Positions 29,875-41,036 are shown, counted from the stretch's first letter. The stretch is 64,000 bases of DNA from Leptospiraceae bacterium (GCA_040217195.1 JAVJNR010000004.1:512001-576000); one strand, 5' to 3'. Made by a program: numbers and translations. The notes: a model not told the origin generated them from the letters alone.

Positions 29875-31227
29875 GTGACCGGTTTGCCTCAAGCCTGGAC
29901 CAGTTTTGGATCCGGAACCTCCCAGAGTATGCACCAGATCCACCAGGAGATGGAGGGCACTCTGGTGGATATGATGCGTCAGATTTACGGAAATGAGCGC
30001 ATGGTTCCCACTCAGTTTACCATTATTGGATCCGATGTGAACCAGATCCGGCATCTATTCTTTCATCTAAGAGCAGAAAATCGTAAAATTGATGTAAGCT
30101 ACGGAATCGAAGTCTTCCAGGGAAGCATTGCAGATGTGGATGATGACCATGTACTCATCCGGATTCCCAGGTTCGAAGAAGGTCCTCAAAGAAGAATCCG
30201 TATTAGATTCGATGCGCTAAACATATTTTATCAATTCGAAGTCATTATAGAAGAAATCAACGGCGAGCTGGTATGGATTCGAATGCCAGACAGTATTCAA
30301 TCCGCCACCCGCAGAAAATACAGACGGGTGTATCCGGACGATGTATTCCTTAGATTCCTTTTTCAGTACCGCCCCATTTTTGGTAAAAGAGGTATTGGAC
30401 AGATTGTAGAAGATAGATACTCCTTTGTAGTTCAGGAATTGCGCAAAGATTTCCCGGATATGGCCCTGATTTTAAGGATGATAGCCGAAGAGTTAAACAG
30501 CATTTCCCAGTTCTTCGAGTTAAAGTTCTATAAAAAGGGTGAGAAGAAGAATCTGATGGAGCAGATTGTCACCTCCCAGGAAAGCACTCTTTACATTCGC
30601 GATACAGATAGATTGGACAACTATTTCAGGAAATTGAACCTGTACGGACTGACCAATTACGAACGTGAATTCAAAAATATGCTCAACGTAATGTCCGAGG
30701 AAGAGGCAAGAAAGTCCTTCGAGGAGTTGCAGCAAAAGGAACTACGTAGCCATCTATATAACTATGTATGCTCTCCAATCACAGTCTTTGACAAGGTTGT
30801 TGGGCACATTTATCTCTATACAACGGTTCTGGAGAAGCATCAAATCAGCACAGACGATGCCACACGAATCGACATTCTGGCCACACTGCTTAGTTATGCA
30901 ATGTCCAGAACAGCCGTTGCGCGAACCTATTATACAGAGCCCATGGCTCGGTTGAGCAACATTTCTATTGCAGGCCTTTTATTTGAAATTAAGAACTCCG
31001 TCCTATTCGAATATCTGATCGACCATGATTCCTTGAGAGTATTGCTTCCTCTTAAGAATGACATTCTGGAAATGGAAGGCGATATTACCCGACTCTTCCC
31101 CTCGGAGAACGGCTATCTAATAGGGGTTCGATTTACAGATGCAGGACCAGATGACTTCAAACGCCTGGAGCAGTATATCTTTCAAAAAACCCGGGCTCGC
31201 CACGAAGCAGGATTCCATTCTACTTAG
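29875..31227 (+). CDS. DUF1577-like protein with PilZ-type elements
   Basis: RRKYRRV, NISIAGL, GVRF; central GAF-like YVCSPI..VVGHI. Confidence 0.75.
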   Translation: MTGLPQAWTSFGSGTSQSMHQIHQEMEGTLVDMMRQIYGNERMVPTQFTIIGSDVNQIRHLFFHLRAENRKIDVSYGIEVFQGSIADVDDDHVLIRIPRFEEGPQRRIRIRFDALNIFYQFEVIIEEINGELVWIRMPDSIQSATRRKYRRVYPDDVFLRFLFQYRPIFGKRGIGQIVEDRYSFVVQELRKDFPDMALILRMIAEELNSISQFFELKFYKKGEKKNLMEQIVTSQESTLYIRDTDRLDNYFRKLNLYGLTNYEREFKNMLNVMSEEEARKSFEELQQKELRSHLYNYVCSPITVFDKVVGHIYLYTTVLEKHQISTDDATRIDILATLLSYAMSRTAVARTYYTEPMARLSNISIAGLLFEIKNSVLFEYLIDHDSLRVLLPLKNDILEMEGDITRLFPSENGYLIGVRFTDAGPDDFKRLEQYIFQKTRARHEAGFHST

Positions 31228-31431
31228 AGGGTAGCTTTCAGTTCCTGTTCCGTGGATCTTCATGCTTAGATATGTTTCGGCCATTTTGCTGCGTGTTCAG
31301 GCCAGACCTAAATCCAGGCGTTTACGGGCCTGATAAGCCCTTTCATACTGCCTGCCCGGTTCCCCCCGCGGTTTTTTGATCCTTTTTGATCCTTTTTTTC
31401 CCCCGGTTTCCTTCTTTTTCAGTTTTCCCAC

Positions 31432-31461
31432 TTGACTGACCGGCTGGCCAGTCAGTATAAT
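31432..31461 (+). promoter_or_regulatory. Sigma70 promoter with overlapping palindromic operator
   Basis: TTGACT-N18-TATAAT; ACTGACCGGC-TG-GCCAGTCAGT (31435-31456). Confidence 0.75.
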
Positions 31462-31507
31462 AATCTCAGATTCTCCCGAAGCGGGCAGAAATGGAGGAGT
31501 CATAGAA

Positions 31508-32353
31508 ATGGAAAAAGATATTCAGAGTGTATGGAAGTCCTATAGCGGAAAAGTGGCCTGGCCCACAGCCATCCTGGCTTTTCTTTGCCTGGGAACCTTT
31601 ACCGGCATGAGCGCCGGGTACGCCCTTGGCTTTGTGCCTTTATGGGCTGCCATACTGACCAACACGATTGTAGGATACGTGGTATTCACTCCACTGCATG
31701 AGGCCAGTCATTCCAACATTGGAACCAGAAAAGGAAGCTTCAAGTGGCTGGATAGTTTCATTGGCTGGATCAGTGGAGCTGTACTCTTTGCTCCTTTCGT
31801 AGCGTTTAAGGTGCTGCATTTACGTCATCACAGCAACACTAACAATCCAGATGCGGACCCGGATCATTGGATGGCCACCTCAAACCCGCTCTTGCTGGTA
31901 CTTCGTGGTCTGACTATTATGCCCAGATACTACTATCATTTCTTTACCTATCCTGACAAACAGGCCCGCGATAAAATGCCTGCTACATTTTTGGGGATTA
32001 TTGCCCTGGCATTGATCTATTTCGCCTGGGCATTCTTTACCAGTGCCTGGCATCCTTTACTTCTCTGGGTGATTCCAGCCATGCTGTCCTTTATGGTACT
32101 TGCCATCGTCTTTGACTGGCTTCCTCATTACCCGCACAGGTCCAGAGATAGGTTTCATAATACAAGGGTGATTCCAGGCAGGATCTTAAATGGAATGCTT
32201 CTGGGACAGAACTACCATTTAATTCATCATCTTTATCCAACTGTGCCTTTCTACTCTTACAGGCCGGTGTTCGAACAAAGCAGGGAGTTTCTAGAGAAAA
32301 AAGGAGCTCCCATAGGGTGGAAGACCGGAAGTGCAATCTGGCAGGAAGCCTAG
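31508..32353 (+). CDS. Membrane fatty-acid desaturase / carotenoid hydroxylase-like
   Basis: His boxes HEASH, HLRHH, HLIHH; DPDH; FDWLPH. Confidence 0.9.
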   Translation: MEKDIQSVWKSYSGKVAWPTAILAFLCLGTFTGMSAGYALGFVPLWAAILTNTIVGYVVFTPLHEASHSNIGTRKGSFKWLDSFIGWISGAVLFAPFVAFKVLHLRHHSNTNNPDADPDHWMATSNPLLLVLRGLTIMPRYYYHFFTYPDKQARDKMPATFLGIIALALIYFAWAFFTSAWHPLLLWVIPAMLSFMVLAIVFDWLPHYPHRSRDRFHNTRVIPGRILNGMLLGQNYHLIHHLYPTVPFYSYRPVFEQSREFLEKKGAPIGWKTGSAIWQEA

Positions 32354-32468
32354 ATTGCTATCGTCCTTTTGTCTCTCAAGCCCTGCGGCCTGGCCAGGGC
32401 GATGCAAAATTGAACGTCTGGTAACCTTCTAGCCCCATTGCTTCGCACAGCGCCTGATGCATGAGTAC

Positions 32469-32497
32469 AAAAAAAAGGGGACCTTTTCAGGTCCCCT
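32469..32497 (-). terminator. Rho-independent terminator (minus strand)
   Basis: AGGGGACCT-GAAA-AGGTCCCCT followed by a T run. Confidence 0.85.
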
Positions 32498-32795
32498 ACG
32501 GAGTTACACGAATGACATTATACTATTCGGGAAAGGTTTGAATTCCACTTAGTACTTTTCTATTCTTCACCCCTATTCCATTATCACAAACTCCAAAAGA
32601 GCCGGATGCGCTCCATCATCCAGGGAAACGGCTCGGTAATGGTATCAGTAAGGCTCATTATGTCGCAACAAAAGGTAACGATTCGCGATCTCTGCCTTTC
32701 GCATGAATTCATCCGGATCTTTTTGCAGGTCCGGGTCAGAGATGGCTGGATTGAATACGGAATGAAAGAAGAAAACTGCAGGGAGTCCGAGTGAA

Positions 32796-33263
32796 TCAGA
32801 CCGGCTCATTCATGCAGATATTTACTTCAATTAGACCAAAAGGTGAGTATAGATTAAGGCCGAGAGTAACCCCATCGGACAGACTCAGATCCTGTTTTCG
32901 CAGATCCACAACCCGGGGAACGGTTACATCCAGATCTTTGTCATTGTTTAGAAAAACGTTCAATGCATTACCGGTAATCATGTTTCCCACTTCGCCGATT
33001 ACATCTTTGTATTCCTTCTCTATGGCCTTGCTTTCTACATTGGGCATCAATTTTTGAACAATCTTTCTCACAGTATCCATATTCATGGAATATACAACTG
33101 TACCGGTTACTTCTCCAGTTATGCCCATCACGATGGCCACTTCATAGCCCGGAGCCGGAGTCTTTTTAATGGTGGTTTTTCCCCGTACAAGTTCCGTCTG
33201 CAGCATCTGGCGAAATACCAGCGCTGCAGCTTCAAGAAATGGATTTACTAGTTCGGCTTTCAC
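32796..33263 (-). CDS. cheX: Chemotaxis phosphatase CheX
   Basis: ELVNPFLEAA, GITGEVTG, IGEVGNMITGNA. Confidence 0.93.
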   Translation of the reverse strand: MKAELVNPFLEAAALVFRQMLQTELVRGKTTIKKTPAPGYEVAIVMGITGEVTGTVVYSMNMDTVRKIVQKLMPNVESKAIEKEYKDVIGEVGNMITGNALNVFLNNDKDLDVTVPRVVDLRKQDLSLSDGVTLGLNLYSPFGLIEVNICMNEPV

Positions 33264-34447
33264 TACTGTTGCAACGGAACTTGCTGCTCATTTTCTGAGA
33301 CCAGTTCCTGATACCGGAAATCACCCCTCTGGGCTTCGGTGCGAATCATATAACGATACACTTCCTGTCTTGCCCGGGATCCGGTTTCATTTTCCACGCT
33401 TTCTCTTTGAGTCTCGGTTGGAGTGCTGGAATTGACATTGAGAATTTCAACGTAGACCGTGGCCTCCCCATCCTGATAGGGACCATAAAAGCGTCCGGCC
33501 CCTTTATAGCCGGTCAAATCGCGGAAGAATTCGCCAGTAGCCAGATTGGCCGCTTTGTCTTCGCCGGTTCGAATCTGAGACAGTGCTTCCAGCGGAATGT
33601 TTTGCATTGTCTGGGCCTGAATGCCTGTAATTTGAGAAACGGATTGTAAGCCATCCTCTGGCTTTAGCTTTCCGAGGTTCTCTTTTGCCTGCGCCAGCAT
33701 TGATCGTTTTTTGCTGGTTCGAACTCGATCCATGACCTGCCCTCTCACTTTTTCCAGGGGTTCCAGATCAGGATTTTCCTGTTTCCAGTTCTTATATTCC
33801 TTTTCTAGATCTTCATCATTGATTTGCACCTGACTGTCAAAGGAAGCCAGCAGACTGGTTTGCGTATAACGAATCATTCTAAAGCTTACTGTGGTAGCTC
33901 GGGCTCTGGTGGCTGCATCGATTAGAGCCGGAGATGGTTCCATGGCAAGTATGGCCGAGCTGACACGGCGAGCGCTGGCTTCACGACTGCGAAGCTTTAC
34001 GGAGCCCTGCTGCACAATCTCTCTGTAGAAGTCCTGTACCGTACGCTTGTCTGCTTCAATTAAGACTTCCTGAGTCTGGTAGGCCTGACGCGCCATCTCC
34101 ACCAGCTCCTTCTCAATATCTTCATCCGGAACATCCAGTCCGAGACGCTTCGATATGCGTGGCAGAACATACAATTCCTGAAGAGTGCTTTCAAGACAGC
34201 CGTTTAGAAATATATCCGGCACTTCTCCGAACTGGGCAAAGCGCTGTTTGCAGGCTCGATAAGCAAAAGCGTAGTTTTCTTCGGAGATATCCTGGCCATC
34301 ATAGGAGCCGTATTTGGTCTGACCGGCGAATATCCCCAGGATTTCATCCATGGGCTGGCTGGAAAAAGTCACTCCCATCATCAGTACAAGAAAGATTACA
34401 ATGATACCGGCACCCAGGCGTTTGGCATATTCGATGATGTTTTTCAC
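33263..34447 (-). CDS. SurA N-terminal / PpiD-like membrane-anchored chaperone
   Basis: N-terminal TM; YDGQDIS, LGLDVPDEDI, PLEKVRGQV; no intact parvulin motif seen. Confidence 0.6.
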   Translation of the reverse strand: MKNIIEYAKRLGAGIIVIFLVLMMGVTFSSQPMDEILGIFAGQTKYGSYDGQDISEENYAFAYRACKQRFAQFGEVPDIFLNGCLESTLQELYVLPRISKRLGLDVPDEDIEKELVEMARQAYQTQEVLIEADKRTVQDFYREIVQQGSVKLRSREASARRVSSAILAMEPSPALIDAATRARATTVSFRMIRYTQTSLLASFDSQVQINDEDLEKEYKNWKQENPDLEPLEKVRGQVMDRVRTSKKRSMLAQAKENLGKLKPEDGLQSVSQITGIQAQTMQNIPLEALSQIRTGEDKAANLATGEFFRDLTGYKGAGRFYGPYQDGEATVYVEILNVNSSTPTETQRESVENETGSRARQEVYRYMIRTEAQRGDFRYQELVSENEQQVPLQQ

Positions 34448-34564
34448 GGGGCGATTTTGTCCCCCCCAGGCCTGCTGACCAGTCTAAAACGACCACAAAT
34501 CAAGTCTTGAACAGGCAAAAGAACCGTGCAGGGTTTCCGCGCAACGGCCGATATTTTCCAGGAG

Positions 34565-35236
34565 ATGTATTACCTTGCCATCACATTTATCTTCATTGGA
34601 CTGGGTTGCCTGCTATACCTTTTTGTGGTGCGAAGCTTCCAGGGAGTTCAGGCATCCAGCAGTTCCGAGCAAGGTAGCCCTGACCCGGAAAGGCGAGACG
34701 AGCGAGCCTCTGAGCTCCAACAGTACGGCTTCCAGGAAGCCGTGTCCGAGCCGCTGCCTCATGCGGCCAGCCGAGACCCCCGGCATGCCGGGTACAGTCC
34801 TGCCAGAGCATCTGAACAGCCCTGGATGGGAGCTCCGCCAATCCATGAGCCGGCCGGAAGCCCGGCCTGGTCCCGAAGCCAATCCCACTCCAGAACCGTC
34901 TCATCCAGCCCATCTCGCAATAGCCGCTTTGAAGGGATTCTTTTTCTGGATGAGTCCGGTCAGGCTGTGAGCGCCGCCGAACACTGGCAGCAGGTATCTC
35001 CCGATCTATTTAGCAAACTGAAACGAATGGGGCCCTGTCAGCTGCAGTATTCGGACCGTATGTTTCTGATCCATAGTGAAAGTATCCGACTTCAATACCG
35101 GGTAGACGATCTGACCCGGATTTTGTTTCTGGACAGTGGATTTGCCTTTATACCGGAACGCGGAGGTCCTTCTCCGTTGATTCTGACTAGAGAGGTGGAT
35201 CGATTTAAAAACTTTCTCAGAGACAATAGTTTGTAA
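34565..35236 (+). CDS. Hypothetical membrane-anchored protein
   Basis: AGGAG SD, N-terminal TM, low-complexity linker, globular C-terminus. Confidence 0.7.
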   Translation: MYYLAITFIFIGLGCLLYLFVVRSFQGVQASSSSEQGSPDPERRDERASELQQYGFQEAVSEPLPHAASRDPRHAGYSPARASEQPWMGAPPIHEPAGSPAWSRSQSHSRTVSSSPSRNSRFEGILFLDESGQAVSAAEHWQQVSPDLFSKLKRMGPCQLQYSDRMFLIHSESIRLQYRVDDLTRILFLDSGFAFIPERGGPSPLILTREVDRFKNFLRDNSL

Positions 35237-36330
35237 TGCTCAAAATGCCCGAACCCATGTCCCGGCGAAAGAAGAGCCGAGGACGAACCTGGATCTGGTT
35301 AATCCCTCTTTCCCTGTTAATTGCTGGCGGTGTCTTCTATGGACAGGACGTAATTCGCTTCTTTCAGGTCCGATTCGCTTCGGACAGCCTCCTTCGATTG
35401 CAGGGTAGGACCGATGCCTACCTGGCTTCCTATGCAAGATATTCGCAAATGGAACCTCCAGTTTCCACGGATGATCCCGGAGAAAATCCATATTTCAAGC
35501 TGCAGGATGCACTTTATCAGCAGATCGATGAGAACCGAAGAATCATCGAAATTATTGCCCGCACCGAAGAGGATCTGGGAACCATGGCTGCCTGGAGAGG
35601 GCGGTATGAGCTGTATGAACTGCTATTGCGAATCCAGTTGGATAGCCGAAACCTGATCGAATTTTCCGGTCGTGGTTATTTACCTCCGTTGCGACCCAGC
35701 CTTCTGGAGGAACGATCCATTCAGAGTATAGGATTCCAGCTTTCCCGATACATGCGCCGGGCCCTGGCCTATGATGCAGATGCCAGATATAAATCTCTGG
35801 CCCACTTTGGAGTGGCCCTGGGCGATCTAATGTATTTCGGTCGCACCGACCCTGCCATCCTCCAGCATTTGCATCAGGTGAATCCATCGGAATTACCCCC
35901 CGAGCTAAAGCGGGAATGGATGTGGGTAGCTACAGGACTTTACGCTCTTCTGGGAGATCATGAGAAGCTACAGGAAGTTCTGAATCCGCCAGCAGAAGAA
36001 GCCAGTGCCCTGGATCCCCAGGCCGATATGCCGGCCGTAGATATGGCTGAGGGCTTCCTGGAGCCCTATCAGAAGCAACTACTGCTCGGATATGCCAGGT
36101 TCCAATCCAGGAATTATATGCAGGCCCTGTATTCGGTGAGGCAGGTAAAATATGATGCATCGGTGCCCAACTTCTACAGAGCAGAAGCCGCCCGAATGGA
36201 AGGTGAAATCAATGCAAAACAGAACGGTCCCTACTTCGCAATTCCATACTTGCAAGAAGCCCTTCGAATTTCAGGCGATGATCCATTTTTACAGGATAGA
36301 TTATCTGCATTCATGCCGAAAAATAGGTAG
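35236..36330 (+). CDS. Membrane-anchored helical/TPR-like protein
   Basis: N-terminal TM; TPR-like C-terminus; start overlaps the upstream stop. Confidence 0.7.
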   Translation: MLKMPEPMSRRKKSRGRTWIWLIPLSLLIAGGVFYGQDVIRFFQVRFASDSLLRLQGRTDAYLASYARYSQMEPPVSTDDPGENPYFKLQDALYQQIDENRRIIEIIARTEEDLGTMAAWRGRYELYELLLRIQLDSRNLIEFSGRGYLPPLRPSLLEERSIQSIGFQLSRYMRRALAYDADARYKSLAHFGVALGDLMYFGRTDPAILQHLHQVNPSELPPELKREWMWVATGLYALLGDHEKLQEVLNPPAEEASALDPQADMPAVDMAEGFLEPYQKQLLLGYARFQSRNYMQALYSVRQVKYDASVPNFYRAEAARMEGEINAKQNGPYFAIPYLQEALRISGDDPFLQDRLSAFMPKNR

Positions 36331-36415
36331 CTACGGCGATTAGTTGACACGGTTGCTGACTACCGGAGACCGGTAATTTGATCTTCTTGTACCCTGGCAA
36401 ATTTGGATAAATTAT

Positions 36416-37438
36416 ATGCTGCTTGATAACCTATACGGACTTTTTTCCAACGATATGGGAATTGACCTGGGAACGGCCAATACCCTGGTTTATGTAAAAG
36501 GACAGGGTATTGTCCTTTCTGAACCCTCAGTGGTGGCTGTTCAGTCATCCACTGGCAAGGTTCTGGCCGTGGGCCACGAGGCCAAACGGATGCTGGGCCG
36601 AACTCCCGGCGACATCGTTGCCATTCGGCCCATGAAGGATGGCGTGATCGCTGACTTCGAAACAGTGGAAAAAATGATCCGCTATTTCATTCAGAAGGTA
36701 CACAAGACCACCACACTTGTTAAACCTAGAATGGTAATCGGAGTACCTTCCGGTATTACGGAAGTGGAAAAACGGGCTGTCCGTGAATCCGCAGAACAGG
36801 CCGGAGCTAGAGAAATCTTTCTAATTGAAGAGGCCCTGGCAGCAGCGATCGGGGCAAACGTACCGATCCATGAGCCAGCAGGAACAATGATTGTGGATAT
36901 CGGGGGCGGTACCACTGAAATCGCTGTCATCTCCCTGGGCGGCATGGTCATCGCTGATTCTATCCGAATCGGTGGAGATGAATTCGATGAAGCTGTCATC
37001 CGGCATCTGAGAACCCAGTATAACCTGGTTATCGGGGAACGGATGGCTGAAGATGTTAAGCTTACCATCGGTAATGCCTACCCGGAGAAAAAACAGGAAG
37101 TTATGGAGCTCAGAGGACGGGATGCAATTTCCGGCCTGCCCCGAACCCTGGAAATCGATTCCAATGAAATGCGCAAGGCTCTGAAAGAGCCCATAGATGC
37201 CATTCTGGAGGCAGTGAAGAATTCCCTGGAAAGGACACCACCGGAACTGGCTGCAGACATTGTAGAACGAGGAATTGTAATGACCGGAGGCGGTTGCCTT
37301 CTGAAGGGTCTGGACAAATTCCTGAGCAAGGAAACCGGAGTTCCGGTATTTCGAGCCGAAAACCCGCTGATTTGTGTAGCCCTGGGAACTGGTCGCTACC
37401 TGGATGAGCTGAAGAATATTCGATCCGGAATGAAATAA
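36416..37438 (+). CDS. mreB: Rod shape-determining protein MreB
   Basis: [27 protein letters not shown]. Confidence 0.98.
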   Translation: MLLDNLYGLFSNDMGIDLGTANTLVYVKGQGIVLSEPSVVAVQSSTGKVLAVGHEAKRMLGRTPGDIVAIRPMKDGVIADFETVEKMIRYFIQKVHKTTTLVKPRMVIGVPSGITEVEKRAVRESAEQAGAREIFLIEEALAAAIGANVPIHEPAGTMIVDIGGGTTEIAVISLGGMVIADSIRIGGDEFDEAVIRHLRTQYNLVIGERMAEDVKLTIGNAYPEKKQEVMELRGRDAISGLPRTLEIDSNEMRKALKEPIDAILEAVKNSLERTPPELAADIVERGIVMTGGGCLLKGLDKFLSKETGVPVFRAENPLICVALGTGRYLDELKNIRSGMK

Positions 37439-37441
37439 TCC

Positions 37442-38563
37442 ATGCTGTGGGAGATCCTCTGGAGAAAAAAGATTACCTTCAGCCTGGGGTTCTGCGTTTT
37501 ATTTTCTTTAACCTGTATCCTCTGGCAGCGTAACCCCTTTGCTGCCGGAGCCGCTTTATTCGGAAAACTGGCCGATGAAATAGGCGGAGCTATCAATTCT
37601 GGACTTTCCCTGCCGGGGGAGCTCTGGGTCCGGGTAGATCAATACCAGGACCTTCAAGAAAAATACGATCAGGCCCAGAAGCGCCTGGAAGAATACCGTC
37701 TGGAAAAAGATAAGTTCGATGCACTTCACAGGGAGAATCAAAAGCTTCGAGAAGCACTTGAATTCCCTGCGATGGAAGGCATGAAAGAACTTACAGCTGA
37801 GGTAATTGGAGTTCGTTTAAATTCCATCAGCCCCAGGATACTGATCCGTGTAGGTCGCAAGGACGGAGTTCGTCCCTTTATGCCGGTGATCTGCAAGGCC
37901 CACGATGAAAATAAGAATCTAATTCGGGCCGTAGTTGGTATAGTTGCCATTGCAGGGGATTCCACTTCCATAGTGCAGCCATTAATTCATCCGGGATTCA
38001 AAATGGGTGTTCGCATGCCTCATACCGATCAGTGGGCCATTTTCTCCGGTAATAGCGGCTCTGTAACTCGCGGATTACTCACCTATCTAAGTTCTGATTC
38101 CTATGAGCACCGAACAGTATTCAAAGACCCCAGTGTTGAAATTCTAAAAACCCCGGTGTATACTAGCGGCCAGGGCGGTCTATTTCCGCCTGACATCCCG
38201 GTGGGCATTATTACAGGCGAAGGCAATCCGGACGGTGAGTTTCGCACGGCCATGGTTAAGCCCTATGCGCCCATAGACAGACTGGATACAGTTGTTGTAC
38301 TACTGAGGACCCCATCCAACTGGGCGGATCAATTTGAACGTGAAAAAATCGAAGATAACCTGGTGACCGAGTTCGGACCGCCTGTATTCCCGGATCTTCC
38401 CGAGGTTGAGCGAAAGCTAAAGCAGCAGGAAGAGGAGCGAAAGCGTAGAGCTCAGCAGCAGGAGCAGACACAGGAAAACAACGAGGAAGAGACTGCGGAA
38501 CCTCAGGGTCCCGGTCCTCGTCGTCGCCTGGAAAATCTGAATATCCCGGGGGCCGGGCAGTAA
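37442..38563 (+). CDS. mreC: Rod shape-determining protein MreC
   Basis: TM + coiled coil, ENQKLREAL, TSGQGGLFPPDIPVG; synteny. Confidence 0.93.
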   Translation: MLWEILWRKKITFSLGFCVLFSLTCILWQRNPFAAGAALFGKLADEIGGAINSGLSLPGELWVRVDQYQDLQEKYDQAQKRLEEYRLEKDKFDALHRENQKLREALEFPAMEGMKELTAEVIGVRLNSISPRILIRVGRKDGVRPFMPVICKAHDENKNLIRAVVGIVAIAGDSTSIVQPLIHPGFKMGVRMPHTDQWAIFSGNSGSVTRGLLTYLSSDSYEHRTVFKDPSVEILKTPVYTSGQGGLFPPDIPVGIITGEGNPDGEFRTAMVKPYAPIDRLDTVVVLLRTPSNWADQFEREKIEDNLVTEFGPPVFPDLPEVERKLKQQEEERKRRAQQQEQTQENNEEETAEPQGPGPRRRLENLNIPGAGQ

Positions 38564-38564
38564 T

Positions 38565-39092
38565 ATGTTTCTTGAAGCTACCGTTGTTGCAGTAGGCTTA
38601 ATCGTTTCTTATTTCCTTAAAGGGATAAACTTTCTAAGCCTTAACTTTGAATTTCTTAATACAGGGGCCATCTATCCGGATTTCCTCCTCATTTTTGTCA
38701 TCTTCTTCAGCATTCGCAAAGGAGACTTCACGGGAATCTGGATTGGTTTTTTTGCCGGACTGCTGGAAGACTCCCAGCTTCTAGCATTTGATGAAGGGGC
38801 CCGGGAATTTGTTTCCATCATCGGAGTGCATTCCCTGGTTTACTGTCTGGCCGGTTACACCATTGGTAGACTCAACCGGTTACTGGACCGGGACAGCATT
38901 GCTTCTATTCTTGTTCTTGTATTTGCCACAACCTTCATTGTGCGAATTGCTATCTGGCTGATCATGGGAATTGTGGATCAATTTTCGGCAGCCTATCCAT
39001 TACTGGGACCGGCTGTATACACGGCCATAATTGCACCGGTATGGTTCTGGATTCTCACTACTGTTTACCGTCTGGATTCTGCTAATCGATGA
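38565..39092 (+). CDS. mreD: Rod shape-determining protein MreD
   Basis: PDFLLI, GFFAGLLED; synteny. Confidence 0.92.
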   Translation: MFLEATVVAVGLIVSYFLKGINFLSLNFEFLNTGAIYPDFLLIFVIFFSIRKGDFTGIWIGFFAGLLEDSQLLAFDEGAREFVSIIGVHSLVYCLAGYTIGRLNRLLDRDSIASILVLVFATTFIVRIAIWLIMGIVDQFSAAYPLLGPAVYTAIIAPVWFWILTTVYRLDSANR

Positions 39093-41014
39093 GTACTCGT
39101 TCCTCCACAGAATTTCGCCTGGAACGGCGATTCCACGTCAGGATCTATTTTTTTACGGCCCTGGTGCTTGTTCTATCTGTGATCTGTGTAATTCAGCTGG
39201 GTAACCTGCAGGTACTCCATGGGGCAGAAAACCATGTACTGTCTCGAAAATTCGTAAGCAAACAGGAATTCAAGGAAGCTCCCAGAGGATTCATATACGA
39301 TCGAAACATGGACCTGGAGAAACCTCTGGTTCAGAACATTCTATACATCGACTTTAACATGTATCCCGGGCGCTTTAAAACCAGAGAGGAAGGAGTGGCC
39401 TTCCTGAAGAAATTCTGCGCTATCATGGGTTATCCTCTTTCTCAGTACGCAGATATTCTGGAACCTGCAAAATGGAAGGAGCTCTCAAAAAAGAATGAAG
39501 AGGTAACCCTGGTCCATCGTTTGAGCCGAGCCCAGCAGGTTCGCCTGGCCAGTCTGCAACTGGAAGGCAACAAGACTCAGTTTGTTACCAGATTTCTGCG
39601 CTACTACACAATGGGGCCGGCCCTGGCGCACGTTACCGGCTATACGGGCGCCCCATCCAGAAGAGAGATTAAAGCAGGCCAGGCCCTTTCCTATCAGACC
39701 CTGGGTAAGGCGGGCGTGGAAGACTTCTATGATAGTGACCTTCGCGGAAAAGATGGAGTCCTGGTGCGGAACAAGGTCCTGGATAGCGAAGAGACCATTG
39801 AACGAAGCCAGCAGGGAAATCACCTGGTCTTAAATATAGATCGAGATGTACAGGCTGCAGCATATAAAGCTTTGATCAACAGCGGCAAGCGAGGAGCGGC
39901 TATTGCCATTCGACCGGCCACTGGAGAGGTAGTTGCTCTGGTTTCGGCTCCCACGTATGATCCTAATATCCTATCCAGCGGCACCGGTGATCTTCGAACC
40001 GAGCATATTCGCAAGGTCCGATTGTACAATGGATTTCTCAATCTTGCCATTCAAACTAAATTCCCTCCTGCATCCACTTTTAAGCCTCTGGTAGCTCTGG
40101 CCGGACTGGAATCTTTTCCAGGCGATTTTGTAAGCAAGAATACCAAGTTTCACTGCCCCGGGCGCTGGACCCTGGAGAGCTCTGTGGCCGGAGTTCCTGA
40201 TAGCGTTTACTATTGTCATAGAGCGTCCGGCCATGGCATGAACAACATGATTGGAGCCATCGCTCATAGCTGCAACGTGTACTTTTACCGTCTGGGCTAT
40301 AAGATTGGCCCAACACCTATCATTGAATTTTCCAAGGCCCTGGGGCTGGACAAAAAGTCTGGTATCGATTTGCCCGGCGAATCTCAAGGATTCGTGCCAG
40401 ATCAGAAATGGAAACAGATCACCTGGTCCAGTCGTTGGTACGATGGAGATACCATCAACCTTTCCATTGGCCAGGGCTTTCTACAGACCACGCCCATCGC
40501 GCTGGCCGTAATGTATTCAGCCATTCTAAACGGCGGCAAAGTTCTTCGCCCTCATGTTCTTAGAGAAGTTAGAGATTCCTACAATGGCAGAGTGGTTCGA
40601 AAGATTCGCCCAGAAAAACTGGCCGAGGTTCCACTATCCAGGTCCCATGTGGAGATCATAGAAAAAGGGATGCGAGCGGTGATTACGGCGGGGACGGCCA
40701 GCTATTTAAATCGCCGGGACATGGTACCCGTGGCAGGAAAAACAGGTACAGCACAAACCAGGAGTGAACGTAAAGGCCGAGACCACGCCTGGTTTGTGGG
40801 TTTCGCTCCTTACGGAGCGCCTGTTGAAGAACAGCTTGTTGTGGTAGTCTTTGTCGAGTACGGTATTGCAGGTTCCTACTCTGCTGCACCGGTGGCCATG
40901 AGCATGTTTGAAGCGGCCTATCCGAACTGGGACAGACCACTTCCTGAAGACCCAGCCAAAGAAATGGCGCTGCATCCAGAGCACGAACCAGACGCACAAC
41001 CCCAGGTGCAATAG
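39089..41014 (+). CDS. mrdA: Penicillin-binding protein 2
   Basis: APRGFIYDRN, STFK, SCN, KTGTAQ, HAWF. Confidence 0.95.
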   Translation: MSTRSSTEFRLERRFHVRIYFFTALVLVLSVICVIQLGNLQVLHGAENHVLSRKFVSKQEFKEAPRGFIYDRNMDLEKPLVQNILYIDFNMYPGRFKTREEGVAFLKKFCAIMGYPLSQYADILEPAKWKELSKKNEEVTLVHRLSRAQQVRLASLQLEGNKTQFVTRFLRYYTMGPALAHVTGYTGAPSRREIKAGQALSYQTLGKAGVEDFYDSDLRGKDGVLVRNKVLDSEETIERSQQGNHLVLNIDRDVQAAAYKALINSGKRGAAIAIRPATGEVVALVSAPTYDPNILSSGTGDLRTEHIRKVRLYNGFLNLAIQTKFPPASTFKPLVALAGLESFPGDFVSKNTKFHCPGRWTLESSVAGVPDSVYYCHRASGHGMNNMIGAIAHSCNVYFYRLGYKIGPTPIIEFSKALGLDKKSGIDLPGESQGFVPDQKWKQITWSSRWYDGDTINLSIGQGFLQTTPIALAVMYSAILNGGKVLRPHVLREVRDSYNGRVVRKIRPEKLAEVPLSRSHVEIIEKGMRAVITAGTASYLNRRDMVPVAGKTGTAQTRSERKGRDHAWFVGFAPYGAPVEEQLVVVVFVEYGIAGSYSAAPVAMSMFEAAYPNWDRPLPEDPAKEMALHPEHEPDAQPQVQ

Positions 41015-41036
41015 AGCGTTAGACTAGAGATATCGA

